A stretch of 64,000 nt of DNA from the human T2T-CHM13v2.0 reference genome, Homo sapiens (GCF_009914755.1 NC_060928.1), one strand, 5' to 3'. Shown: positions 30,521 through 43,960, counted from the first letter of the stretch. Numbers and translations: made by a program. The notes: generated by a model from the letters alone, not told the origin.

Positions 30521-31261
30521 TCTCACAGCGATTGTTAATCATAATTTGTAATTATTAATTAGATAACTCCAGAAATATACATGAACTTGGTGATAATTTA
30601 CTCTGATAATACATCATACAAAGATAATATAAATTCTGCCAGAATACTCTGTGGCTTCTTCTGCTTCCCAAATGTCCTACATAAAACTATTAATACTTGT
30701 AAAAGACTTCAGTGAAGAATGAATTTCCCCCAGCTGAGCAAGCGTAATTTGGCTATGGCCAGATGAAGGAGCGTTCTGAAGCAATTCTTGGCATGGAAGC
30801 AAATGGAAAGGCCTTATGCATAGGCAACCAAGAAAAAAAAATCTAAACAATTTAAGATGCAGTGACTTCCCAGGTGCAGGTGCATCAGTCACATACTCCA
30901 TCTACCATCGGCATGTCTTGCTTTTGTAACAAGAGTCTCTTTCTATAATACGGGCAGTTGGTCTTGTACTCAGCTGGGCATTCAGCATGGCTCCTGTCTC
31001 AGCAAACGGAGTCGGAGGGGTTAGCTCTGGTGTAGGATGCCTGCCTGGGTGGCAATCCCTATTGGACAGGTGAAAATAGATCATTATTTTAAAGTCTTGA
31101 TCCGGCCTTAGAGGTTCCCCTGTGTTTCCTGTTCTGCTAGAGCTGACAGCTAGGACTCCTCAAGCTGTGCACGATTGCCTTCTGCACTGTGTGTGGCTGG
31201 AGCCTCCAGGTTAGCAATGTATCTACTCACTCCAGAACGGTCTTTTCATAAAGAAAACCTG

Positions 31262-31562
<301 letters not shown>

Positions 31563-31592
31563 CAAAACCTGATATGTTAAATCACTTTAAAT

Positions 31593-31815
31593 CAAGTTTG
31601 TCCAACTGCGGCCCATGGGCTGCATCTGGCCCAGGACAGCTTTGAATGTGGCCCAACACAAATTTGTAAACTTTCTTAAAAGATTATAAGATTATTTTTG
31701 GCAGGTTTTCTTTTTAGCTCATCAGCTATCGTTAGTGTTCGTGTATTTTATGTGTGGCCCAAGACAATTCTTCTTCCAATGTGGCCCAGGGAAGCCAAAA
31801 GACGGGACACCCCTG
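31593..31815. mobile_element. MER30 (hAT-Charlie non-autonomous DNA transposon)
   Basis: TIR-like ends caagtttgtccaa / gggacacccctg; internal ctttgaatgtggcccaacacaaatt; 8-bp TSD ctttaaat/ctttcaat. Confidence 0.9.
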
Positions 31816-32156
31816 CTTTCAATGCTTCTCGGTGCTCTTAGGATAAAGACCCAGGTTCTTCCCATGGACTCTGCACCGGATACAGCCTGGCCCGCACTCC
31901 CTCTCCAGCCCCTCTCCTACCGCATGCCACTGCCCCCGGCCTTGTGTCCTCCAGCATGGTGACCTCCTCTCAGTGTCCAGGGTTCCCTACCCCCACAAGG
32001 CCTTTACCATCTCTTCTAGAACTCCGCTCTGCCTTCCAGTTGTGCCTCCACTGTCACTTCATCTGGAAGCTGTTTCTGCCCTTTCAGACCAACTGGGTGA
32101 AATTGCTATGTGTGCTTTCTTATGCCATGTGTCACTCCTCCATGCCACTGGCCACA

Positions 32157-32391
32157 TTTTTTTTTTTTTTGAGACAAGGTCTCACTCTGTCAAGCCATCC
32201 TCCAGCCTCAGTCTCCCAAGTAGCTGGGACTATAGGCACACACCACCATGCCAGTCTAATTTTTGTATTTTCAGTAGAGACGGGTTTCACCATGTTGGCC
32301 AGGCTGGTCTTGAGCTCCTGGGCTCAAGCAATCTACCCACCTTGGCCTCCCAAAGTTTTGGGATTGCAGATGTGAGCCACCGTGCCTGGCC
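32157..32391 (-). mobile_element. AluJ with internal deletion
   Basis: ctcactctgt joins directly to caagccatcctcc; rest is antisense Alu. Confidence 0.9.
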
Positions 32392-32601
32392 CACTCAGCA
32401 CGTTTCAATATGACACGTATCTGTGCAATGACGCCGTTCATATGTGCCTCATCTCACAAACTCGAAGCGTCATCAAGCCAGAGACAATGTTGACTTTGTT
32501 CTTCATAGCATTTCCAGGGCAAGCATGGCTCCTAGGATAAAGCAAGTCCCCACTGACACATTTCATTAAAAGCAGAGAAGGGTTAGAAGTTCATCAGCCT
32601 T

Positions 32602-32831
32602 GGCTGGTGCAGTGGCTCACATCTGGATTCCCAGCACTTTGGGAGGCCGAGGCGGGCAGATCACCTGAGGTCAGGAGTTTGCGACCAGCCTGGCCAACGT
32701 GTCCAAACCCTGTCTCTACTAAAAATACAAAAATTAGCCTGGCATGGTGGCACATGCCTGTAATCCCAGCTACTTGGGAGGCTGAGGCAGGAGAATCGCT
32801 TAAATCCGGGAGGCGGAGGTTGCAGTGAGCC
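32602..32831 (+). mobile_element. AluS, 3'-truncated (no A tail)
   Basis: Ends abruptly at gttgcagtgagcc. Confidence 0.9.
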
Positions 32832-34816
32832 CCAGAGGAGCCAGGTCATCCCCAGTCAGCACCTCCCAGGTCAGGTCCTGTTTCTCCAATTGCTCAGCTT
32901 TCTACAGCTGCGCCCACTGTGGGCTGCTCACCCTCAGAGCCCAGGACAGGTCCTATTCCCCGAATGGCTCCCCGAATGGCTCAGCTTTCTACAGCTGCGC
33001 CTGCCGTGAGCCGCTCACCCTCAGAGCCCTCATGTCTGCAGCTGATTTTTGTTTGCAGTTGGCCCACTTCTGTTCCTTATTCTGCCTGGAACCCTGCAAG
33101 TCATTGATCCCTCATTCAACCTGCTCCTGGGTGCTCAGCACAGGCTCAGTGGGGGGCCTGGCTCCAGTCCAGGTCACCCTGTGTAAGCACCAACCTTGAC
33201 ACTTCATAATTAATGTTGTTGCCAGGAAGCTCTGATAAAGCCATTCACAAGCCCAGGTGATGGTGGAGGAAATGTCATTCTTCCTATAAATGCTTCCCAC
33301 ATCTCACTTATTTTCATGACAGGGAGCTTTTTGCTGTCAGGTTTTTGCCTCAGACAGAAATTCATCGCTTTCAGCGCATTATCCCTATATCAACCCTTCT
33401 GTCACTGTTGCTTTGCATTGCTGCATTAATAATAATAAAAAGGAACTCATGTTTATCAAGAAAAAACTTCAGAGGGATACATTGAAAAAAACATAAAAAT
33501 GCTCAGAGATTGAGATTGCTTCTTCAAAGCTCTGGACAGACGAAAAACACATTGGTTATTTACATATCGACAGGTTCTTCGGTAAGGTCAAGAGTACATC
33601 ATTTCCAACTAAATGTTCTAAGATATTAACTGTCTTTTTTACCCATGTGAATATCATAGGACCGCCAAGTGAGGCCCAAAGCTATCCGTTTTTAGAAATG
33701 TATTTGTAGTGATAGTCCTGGCACAGCTCAAATATATCCTGAACTTGACCTGAATTGTAAATTAATTCTTAACGCTTTTTGCAAAACAATCCCCTGCCTT
33801 TGGGAGATGGGAGAATGGGTGCTCCTAAATCACTCGATCATCACGAGATTTGCTGTTTGCAAACCGGGGCAGACTGCCATCTTTACAGACTACCGAGGAA
33901 GAAACCCAGGAAAGGGCTTATTGTTTTTGAGATTTATTTCAATCAAGATCTGAACCCCTGAGGCCTTTGTTAATTTTCCTCTGACTCTTCATGTATTTCA
34001 CCCTTGCCTTCTTTTTGATTTCCCATCTGTCTTGCTCTTTTTAGTTTCCTATCGAATTTTGTTTGTTTTGTACACTAATTCTTTCTTCTATATGTGTCTT
34101 TGATTTGTCCCCTAAGTCCTGACCTGTTTCAGGCTGTATTCTCTATTACTTTCATCCTGGGACACTTTCCTTTGAGTTGCCCTGATGGGTGAACTCAGAC
34201 CACAGAGGGTCAAGCTCAGACACATCTTGTGGTAGATAATCTACTGGTTACAATTTTTTTTTTTAATGGTTCCTACTTAGAAACTCAGTCCTCCAGCACT
34301 CATACACATAAACTCTCAGTTACTTTTTCAACAAAAGTTTTCTTAGTGGTGAATTCATTTTACCAAGAAGTATTCAGTATGTCACATAAATTTGCAGATG
34401 TAATATTTTATATATATATATCCAATAGTACAACATAAATTCAATAGTACTATAAATCACATTTCAACTTAATACTATTCTGATGGGTATAGATCGCCAT
34501 TATTGATGAGTAGATTATCTAACTCAACACTTCTCATAGGTGTTGTCATGAAATGCTGGTGAGTGAGTCATAGTACAAAAATATAATTTTAATACAAACA
34601 GATACTTTTGAGGATAAAAGAGACTCTATTAACAATTACACTGGGACAAGCAGCATACAACATGAACTGCTGTGGGCCAACCGGCATGTGTGGTCACCTT
34701 AGCGACAACCATCCTGAAGTGCGCTACAGATCACTTGAAAAATAACCACAAAACTGACATGCAAATGAGGCGGGTTCGACGAGATTGCTCATTTACAACC
34801 CAGCATGCTTTCCTGA

Positions 34817-35148
<332 letters not shown>

Positions 35149-35613
35149 AATATGTTTGGTTTTTAAGTTATAAATATTCCTCGGTAGCTTTATATGAACC
35201 TTCTTACAAAGTGCCAGCATTATGGGGGCCAATACCTTAAAGTTAAGAGCAGATGAGCTAGACAAAGTTAACCGGAATTTAATTTTTAGGAAATTCAAAG
35301 TGAATGTCTGTGAAAACTAGGGTTTATAATTTGCACTAGTTCACAAGTTCTCTTTCCTGAATTCCCAGGGAAGCCAGACTCCCACTTACCACCTTTTGAA
35401 TCTTGAAACACCCTCTTCCTCCTCATCCAGGACCAAGGTTTCCTAGAAAGCTCTATCATTTTTCCAGATTAACTTGAAATAGACAATGTCCATCTGAGAT
35501 CATTTCAATCTTAAAACTCTGGCTTCAAACTAAGGTTCAGGTAATAGTCTTGCACCTGAGTCACTTCTAATTCATTTGGTCCCCAGTTCTGATAGGTAAG
35601 AACTGGATGGAAG

Positions 35614-35627
35614 GTGCCCTCTGTTGG
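35614..35627 (-). promoter_or_regulatory. Candidate CTCF core motif
   Basis: Minus strand CCAACAGAGGGCAC resembles the CTCF core CCASYAGRKGGCRS; motif match only. Confidence 0.35.
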
Positions 35628-36579
35628 GCCAGCCCTATGCGATCTTCCTCTCCCTCAAACTCCCTTCACGTGGTCTCCACCGCCCAGTTCCATGAGCAGA
35701 ACCCAGGAGCAAAGCATGGGGTTCTTTAGATATGTCACCAAGGGACGTGCCACTTGGGGTTAGGAAGTGACAAATCTGTAAGCAGCAGGAATTTCTTTTC
35801 CCTCCAATTTTTCACGCAGTATCTGGAGAAGCAAAGATCTAGATCTGGGCCCAGGGCAAAATAATATGTCTAGTTTTGGGAGTTGTGTCCTACCTTTCTC
35901 AAAAAAGAAGTGCAAGGATTTGACTGGTCCTAGGCTTCCAGAGGGAATTTACAACAAACCCAGAGAGAAGCAGGGCCTTGGGGCCTGAAGGAGAATTATC
36001 GGCAGCACACAATCTATAGGAGTAAAGAAAGTGTGACACATGCATCTAGGTATAATTTTCTGGCAAATGATTTCTTTCTGGTATGAAATTGTTGTAAATT
36101 ATGAATATTGTTAAAAGGGGGAATCATAATGCACTTATGCTGGCTCTATTCCCAGAAATAGTATAATATATAATATATGTTGTGGAAGGGTTCAGAAACA
36201 CCAGTGTTATATTTCTAGTTATATACTTCCACGTATTATTCTAGTAGTTTCATGCATTTTGATTTTTTTAACCTACAAGTGGATCAGAGCCCCTGGGAGG
36301 AGGAACCACATTTCATTCACCACTGGGCAACAAAGAAAAGCCAGACTGAGACTCTGCACATGCACATGGTCACTGCCCTTCCATAGCTTTCAGTCCGGTC
36401 ATTTCATAGAGTTGTCTACTATGCAAATAATCATCTACTATAAGACTATACATTGAGGATATGCTAAAGAATATCAGGTAACTGTCTAAAAAGATATATA
36501 TGCAATTTTTTAGTGCAATGAGTATTCTAAGATTCAGCAGTGTATGCTGTTCACAATGTTCATGGCAAAAGTTAGAGAG

Positions 36580-37055
36580 TGTGATAATTCCCTACAGCAC
36601 TCATACTAAAGTGCCAGGCATCAGAATAAAAAGGTAAAGGAAATGTATTATCCCACAGTTCTAGAAATCCAAAATCAAGGTGGCAGCTGGGCTGCTCTAC
36701 CTCTGAAACTTGTAGGAGAAAGGCCATTCCTTACTCTTCCAGCTTCTAGTTGTTTGCCAGAAATCTCTGGTGTTCCTTAGCTTGTGGCAGCACAATTTTT
36801 ATTTTCGCCTCCTTGTTCACGTGATGTTTTCCTTCTGTTTCTTTGCAGCATCTTCCCTCTGTGCTTGCTTGTGTGCTAATCTCCTCTTCTTATAAAGACA
36901 CCAGTTATTTTGGATTAGGGCCCACCCTAATGATCTCACATTCATTTGCTTATATCTGCAAAGACCCTGTTTCTAAATAAGGTCACATTCTGAGGCAGCA
37001 GGAACTAGGACCTCAACATATTTCTTTGGGGGAGGACACAATTCAACCTGTGACA
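36580..37055 (-). mobile_element. MaLR LTR (MLT1C-like)
   Basis: cacagttctagaaatccaaaatcaagg..ggattagggcccaccctaatga..tgcaaagaccctgtttctaaataaggtcacattc. Confidence 0.8.
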
Positions 37056-37149
37056 GATGGTGTTGCTCTTCCGTTAGTTGACATCCTGGGAACCATCGCC
37101 TTCTCCCATTTATCTTAATATTCTGGTCCAAGATCAAGAAATGGCTGAA

Positions 37150-38170
37150 CAACAGGAAAATATGAAAAAAATGGTAGCTAAACTAGGAAAAGAAATTTTA
37201 GTAAATAATAATCATCCTGGAAATGAAGGTAAACTGTAAGTTGCTCAAAAGAGAATTAAATATTGCTCAAATTCACCACAGGACCAAGAAAACTAAATCA
37301 AAATAAAGAAGTTAAGAAGTATAATAGAAAAAATAATAGGTATAGAAGATAGGCAAAGAAGATGGAACATATATATAACTGGAATCTGCAAAGAAAAAAA
37401 CCAATAGAATGTAACTAATATTTAAATTATAATTCAAAACAAATATTCCTGAAGGAAAAATAAGACCTAATTCTATGAAGCTGAGCCACAGGAAGTTGCT
37501 GGCATTCATTTTCTCACCTGTACCAAGGGCAGCTTCATTGGACTAAATCCAATATACATTTAAAGGGCCCACTGGCTGTCTGGGTAAGAAATTACCCACA
37601 GTGCTTAACTCTGGAAACTATGCCAATAAAATGATTAACGTTTAGAGATTAAGAAAAAACTTCTGTGGCTTTAAAAAAAACTAAAACCATTTACAAAGGA
37701 AAGAAATATTTTTTGGTTTACAGCAGACTTCTCGAAAACATATACAAAGCAACACAACAATGGGGTGATATTTTCAAGAAACTCAAGGAAAGAAAGTATG
37801 AGTCAATGATGTTCTATCCAGCCAAGTTTCACTTCAAATATGAAGGCTCTGGAAAAACAATTTTAAACATACAGAAACACTTTGAATGTTGTAACCACAA
37901 ATCTTTCCTGAGAAATCAACTACGAAACAAACTTCCTCCACAGATGTGACGATGGGAGAAACTTTGAACATAGTACTGGTAATGAGTATTAATTATATTT
38001 ACATGAAACCTAAGATTTAAACAAAGATTATGATAAGGATGGAAGAATAGTGTGTAGATGTTAAAAACCCTGAGAAAGTAAAAATAATTTCACTTTAAAA
38101 ATGAGAAAAGGAGAGAGAAAGCAGACTAAGCTCATCGTATGCTGCATGGATAATAGAGGTGTGTGAACAA
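37150..38170 (+). mobile_element. Old L1M ORF1-region fragment
   Basis: ORF 37665-37949 QQWGDIFK.LKE...MFYPAK..FKYEG resembles the L1 ORF1p C-terminal domain. Confidence 0.65.
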
Positions 38171-38178
38171 TATCTTCA

Positions 38179-38330
38179 TACTCAGGAGGCTGAGGCAGGA
38201 GAATTGAGTGAACCTGAGAGGCGGAGGTTGCAGTGAGCCAAGATCGCACCGTTTCACTCCAGACCAGGCGACAGTGCGAGACTCCGTCTCAAAGAAATTA
38301 AAAAAAAAATACATATATATATATATATAT
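38179..38330 (+). mobile_element. Alu right-arm fragment with (TA)n tail
   Basis: tactcaggaggctgaggcaggagaattg..gagactccgtctcaaa. Confidence 0.9.
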
Positions 38331-38885
38331 AATCAAAGCCAATAAACCAAGCAGTGGGAACCTAAGTAGGGAAAAGGAAATTAAGAATTTTATTCAAGGT
38401 ATTAACAGGAAGGTTACCATCAAAAAGTGAATACAAAACACACCTACTATAATTTTATTTTGAACAGAAAGAGTAACGGGTGGTTGCCAGAGGTTATGAG
38501 TGAGATGAGAGCTTCAATATAAAGCCTCATTCCTTAGCACAAAGGAATGTTCTGGGATGATGGAGCGGTGGTGCATCCCGATTGTGGCAACCTATGCATG
38601 TGTTAGAATTTATAGAACTGTACACCAAACACAAAGTCAATGTTACTGTTGTATTTGTCTATTATAAATATTATTTGAAAACACAACAAAAGCATACTTG
38701 TCAAGTAACTGAATAAATAAATGAATAGACAACCCTCCTCCAACCTCTACCAGAAAGAGCAAAGGCAATAAATGACAAGGTGAAAAACACATTATAAATA
38801 TCATGTAATACATACAGTAAATATAAAATAATGACAAAACAAACACATGAGTCATATTAATATATGTAAACTGGCTTAACTCACA

Positions 38886-39305
38886 TGTGGTAGGCAAAAA
38901 AATTAGCCCCTCAAAGATGTCTACCTCACAATCCCCAAAACCTGGGAATACGTCACATTACAAGGCAAAAGGTACTTTGCAGATGTGATTAAGGTAAAGG
39001 CTTTGAGATGGGGAGAGGCTCCTGGTCATCCAGGCAGGCCCAATGCAGTCTCAAGAGTGCTTAGAAGAGAGGCAGGTGTGCCAGGGAGAGAGAGAAACAG
39101 AGGTCCAAGCGATGTGGGACCCTGAGTCAAGGAATGCCAGCAGCCTCTAGAAGCTGGAAAAGCTGAGGGAACAGATTGTTCCCAGGAGCCTCCAGAAGGA
39201 AGGAGGCCTGCTGACCCATTGTGTACTTCTGACCTCCAGGACTGTGTTGTTCTAAGCCACAAAGTCTTTGGTAATTTGTTATAGAAGCAATAGGAAACTA
39301 GTACA
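38886..39305 (+). mobile_element. MaLR LTR (MLT1D-like)
   Basis: tgtggtaggc..ggcaaaagg.actttgcagatgtgattaag..gcagcctctagaagctggaaa..ggaaactagtaca. Confidence 0.85.
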
Positions 39306-40150
39306 TCATCATTTTAGATTAAAATTATAGATTGGGTCACAAAATAAAATCCAATGGTCTGCTATATAGAACAAGCACACCTACATAAGCTTTAGAAAGG
39401 CTGAAAAATAAAGGTATAGGGACAGGTACACAGGCAAATGTGCACACACAGCACAGCGCTGTGATTTTGATACCAGCAAAGGTAGAACCCAGCCCTAAAG
39501 TGTTAAGTGATGCAAAGCAACAGGCAGAAAGCAAGGAGTTCCAACAACTAATGGGGTGGGTCAAAAGGTCAACGTAAAGGAGTTCTCATTGGCCAAATCT
39601 GGGGCAATTCGAGCTTTGAGAAGGAATGATTGATAGCAGTATATTAAATGAGTAACATTCCACCAGTGTATAAATGACATCAGAAAAGAGAAACCCGAGA
39701 AATTTAACTCGTTTGCCACTATTAGAGGGAACTGTAATATCAACTCTTTGCTCTAAAGTTGGTAATTTAAAAGAAAGAATCACGCATTTTACTGTACCTT
39801 TTTAGAGAAAATTATAGTTCCTTTCCAGCTAATAGGTGAAAGGTCTTCTTTACAGAATAATGCCAGCTAATTAATCTAGAAAGAATGATAGGATGAAAAA
39901 ACAACCATGCTACAAACCCCAGTGAGATAATCCATTCAGGCCAAGATCATGACGGACGCTAAAGCCTTTAGGTGAAAGCTTTTTGGGACATAATATTCAG
40001 AAGGTGTCAAAGCATCAGCCCTCTGGAAGGGAAAAAACAGCCTTTGTAATGGAAGTATCTGAAAGTCACCCCTTATCCAAAGGATCCAACTTAATACCAC
40101 TGATAGTGAAACACCCTGACATTATGTGACCAAGAAGTAATGCACTATGA

Positions 40151-40296
40151 GGCCGAGTGCGGTGACTCACGCCTGTAATCCCAGCACTTTCGGAGGCCAA
40201 GGCAGGCAGATCGCTTGAGGCCAGGAGTTCAAGACCAGCCTGGCCAACATGGTGAAACCCTGCCTCTACCGAAAATACAAAAACTAGCCTGGTGTG
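40151..40296 (+). mobile_element. Alu left arm plus linker, cut by an ERV LTR
   Basis: Alu stops at ..aaaactagcctggtgtg where the LTR begins; right arm absent. Confidence 0.9.
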
Positions 40297-40512
40297 TGTT
40301 CTGCGAGGGAAATGCTTGAGGGGAGAAGAAAAGACACACACACAATACCTTTAAGGGTAAACAACCTTTATCCCATGTGAATGACAATGCAGATATAATA
40401 AGCAAATGATATAATAAGCAAATTGATATAATAAGCAAACTGATATAATAAGCAAACTGATATAATAAGCAAACTGATATAATAAGCAAATTGTAATGAG
40501 AAGGGCAGAAGG

Positions 40513-40563
<51 letters not shown>

Positions 40564-40959
40564 CACCAGGCTATGAAGGATTCACCACCAGACCGGGAAG
40601 CAACAGTCTGGGCTCCAGAGTTGGACACTCGTTTGTGCATAGACAAGGAGAGGTCTCGTGATGCTTCGGCACGGTCTGGGACCCTAGCTCTTTTTGTAAT
40701 GAGTTGTTTGGCATGAGGCCCAGTCACGCGGGCCCTTTGAGACTGGGCTCAAGGAACACAAAAAGGTCGACTTGTTTTTGGGATTGTCTATTATTTTTCA
40801 ATAAGTAACGTATAGGAATAAATTGAAATAGAGATTTCTCCAAAACAGCACTGGATGAACACCTCAAGGGGCTCACACGACCTGCCCCGGGACTTGGTGA
40901 CCATTGTTTGTGTCCATGTTCAATTGAGTTCAAATTTAATATTTAACTTTTCCTCCACA
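40297..40959 (-). mobile_element. ERV LTR (tentatively LTR14C/HERV-K14C-like), 3' LTR of a truncated provirus
   Basis: Minus strand starts TGTGGAGGAAAAGTTAAATATTAAATTTG and ends ..CCCTCGCAGAACA (TG..CA); internal 16-17-bp gatataataagcaaa repeats and (AT)n; abuts an env remnant. Family name from memory. Confidence 0.7.
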
Positions 40960-40979
40960 TTCAGCCTCAATTTTGATAC

Positions 40980-41274
40980 TCAATTGTAGGAAACTGCCCT
41001 TACAGATACATGGGGAAGACATAGTTGATACAGATTACAGATACAGGGTTAGCACAGGAGAATTAAAAGCACAGTTAATAAAAACCATACCCATGGCTTT
41101 GCAAGGGGAGTCATATTGTGAGAATTACCAGCAATATACACACAACATTCAGTATGCAGTAAGGTGCAGACCCCTCCTTGGACTGCAGTAAGCATATCTA
41201 ATGCCATTCGATTTTACAACACAACAGTACAAAGCTGAGCAAATACATCTGATAACAACATAAGTCCAGTGCTA
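40980..41274 (-). pseudogene. Retroviral env (TM subunit) remnant
   Basis: Manual translation: [95 protein letters not shown], containing ISD, CX6CC and membrane anchor. Confidence 0.9.
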
Positions 41275-42324
41275 CACACAGTGTATGTGTATGTATATAG
41301 AGAGATGGTGGAAGGAAGGGGAAATGAGGAGGAGATGAAACAAAAGAGGTACTTTGATAAAAATTATTGTTGGTAAAAAATATAAACAGAGCTCAGCCTC
41401 TCTCTCTTACGGTTCCCTGTGCACACATACTGTGGGTCGGCGTCTGGGGATGAATCTCCAGTTTGCACCTCGTTGGCTTGTGCTGCCCCAGGTCTGAAAG
41501 GACGGTCTTCAGCTCTCTAGGTGGGGCTCTGCATTCCCCTTCTTGTCCTGGGTGTTTCTGTACCTCCACTCTGCAACTGCCCCAGGGCTTTGAGAATTGG
41601 CTCTCATCTCTGGATCCTTCATGAGAAAGGACATTTCTTTCCTAGAATGCCCAAAATTCGATCTTCCAGATGTCTTCTTCATTCTTCATTTCTTCTACAA
41701 GTCTCTCTAATACCATCTCCTAAAGCTCCTGCTTTTGCTCCTGATTCATGAATATCCAGCCTTAAATGTTGCTAGAAATATATCCATTGTCCAGTGTTCA
41801 TCACTGAATCTACCCATTGATGAGGTTTCACTTTCTTCTATTTGAATCCTGAAACTGTCGAATCGCCAAACAAATAATGAAGAGCAACTTTAACTGAGGC
41901 GGGAAGGGTGGGGCTTTAAACCCTACCCTGTGTGGCCTCCCTTGAGTGGCCTGTGGTGTTTGTGAGGCATCTTCAGGAAGCACAGGCACTGTGAAAACAC
42001 AATTTTCAAAACACTGGTCTCCATCATAATCTGAATGTGGCCTCTATCATTCCTGGCTGCTGTCTTCTTGCATTATGCTAATGTTTCTAACAGTCCGCAG
42101 CAACACATTCATGCCCTTCACTGCAAAGCTACACCTCACGTGGCTAATCCCATTAAGTCCCTATTTCTGGTCTGAGGAACATACCTGATTATCAGTTCAT
42201 TCGGTCATTTTGTTTAGTTCCTTCTTTTGCATTAAAAAAAAAATGCCTAGTGGAAAACAGTGGTTTTTATTAGTTGGCAAGCTTCATTTTTACTAACTTT
42301 TCCAATTGTTTCCTAATGACTATA

Positions 42325-42716
42325 TTTGTCTTTTAAGGTTGCTATGACAAAATACCTCAGACAGGGTAACTAACCTACAGAAACACATTTTCTCACAATT
42401 CTGAAGTTTGTCAGTCTGAGATCAAGGTGCCATCAGGGTTGGCTCCCAGTGAGGCCTCTCTGCCTGGCTTGCAGACTGCCGCCTTCTCACTGTGTCCTCA
42501 CACGGCTTTTCCCAGTGGAGACAGAGCAAGATCTCAGGTGTCTCTTCCTCTTTTTATGGGGACACTCACCAATCCTATCAGATTAGGACCTCACCCTATG
42601 ACCTAGTTTAACCTTAATTACTTCCCTAAAAACCCAGTCTCCAAACACAATCACACGGGGGGTTAGTTAGGGCTTCACCATAAGAATTTTGGGATGACAC
42701 AGTTCAGTCTATAACA
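42325..42716 (-). mobile_element. MaLR LTR (MLT1A/B-like)
   Basis: gtctgagatcaaggtgcc..gaggcctctctgcctggcttgcag..cacagttcagtctataaca. Confidence 0.8.
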
Positions 42717-43574
42717 AAGACCTTTATTAAAAGCAAGATCTTGGATCTTTCTTCCCAAGTAGACAGTGAAATACGTTAACACACGTAAGCCTAGAGCCTG
42801 GAGTTCTGGAAGTGACTGAGGTTCTATCCAGTGGATGACCAAAGAGAGTTAGATTTGGAATTCAGTCAAGTGGGGAAAAAACATAACTCCGTTTTGCTAA
42901 CATGGGTCCTGGTAGAGGGGGCATGATGCCGGAGCTAGTAGCAGCTCCCTGATTTGGCAGGCGGCTTCCCAACTCAGCAGCTTCCTGCAGCACTTACGGT
43001 AGCTTTCCTGGTCCTGGCCAAGGTGACATGGTTCTCAAACCAGTGACACTTGGTGGAAGCATTTATTCTTATTCATTCATTTGTTTATTCACTCGGTGTC
43101 ACATATTTGTTGAAAGAATGAACAGAGGAATGAATGAGTGGCCTATATCAGAACGTAGAAAGCTCCCAAAGCAGGAGCTTCCTGATTTCTTGGTTTCCTG
43201 TGCCGGTAGTAAAAGCTATTCTCCTAATCAGGGCAGAGGCAGAGTGACTTTGGGAGCTGGGAGTTGTTTCAAGAGCCAAGTCTGGATCTTGCATTTTCAG
43301 CCCTTCCACACTGTTGCAAGCACTGAGGACCAACACTAGCTGAGGTGACTCTAGTTGCCTGTCACTGAATACAGTTAGCTTCTTGCAGAGGGAGGTAAGA
43401 AAGAGGTTTTTGGCTAGAGCCCAACTAAGAAGACTGTTCCCTAGAAATCATGTGTTGTATATTATAATTTAATAATCATTCAAATTCAAAAGTTAGTAGC
43501 ACTCTGAATTTGATCATTTACAACCAGACAACATCCTCGCTGTAAGCCTTTTTTTTAGATGTAAGAGTCCCCAG

Positions 43575-43960
43575 GATATGGACTGAATGCATGTCTCACC
43601 TTCTCCAAACTTCATATGTTGAATCACTAACCCTCAGTGTGGCTACATTTGGAGGTGGGACCTTGAGGGGGTAATTAAGGTTAAATGATGTAATCAGGGT
43701 GGGGCTCTAATCCAATAGGATTAGTGTCCTTATAAGAAGGAACACCAGCCCTCCCTGGCATCCCCCTGTCCCATGCATGCACTGAGGAAAGGCCATGTGA
43801 GCACACAGGAGGACGGCGCCATCTGCAACCCAACAGGAGAGCCAGACACCAAGCCTGCTGGTACTTGATCTAGGATTTCCAGTCTCCAGAACTAAATTTC
43901 TGTCACTTAAGCCACCCAGTCTATGATGTTTTGTATGGCAGCCTGAGCAGACTGATGTAT
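43575..43960 (+). mobile_element. MaLR LTR (MLT1A-like)
   Basis: tatggactgaatg..ttcatatgttgaa..gtgtccttataagaag..aagccacccagtctatg..gcagcctgagcagact. Confidence 0.8.

Noticed and set aside
40980-41274. Syncytin-like co-opted env
   Set aside because: Only ~300 bp, with two in-frame stops (one in the ISD) and no SU or signal peptide
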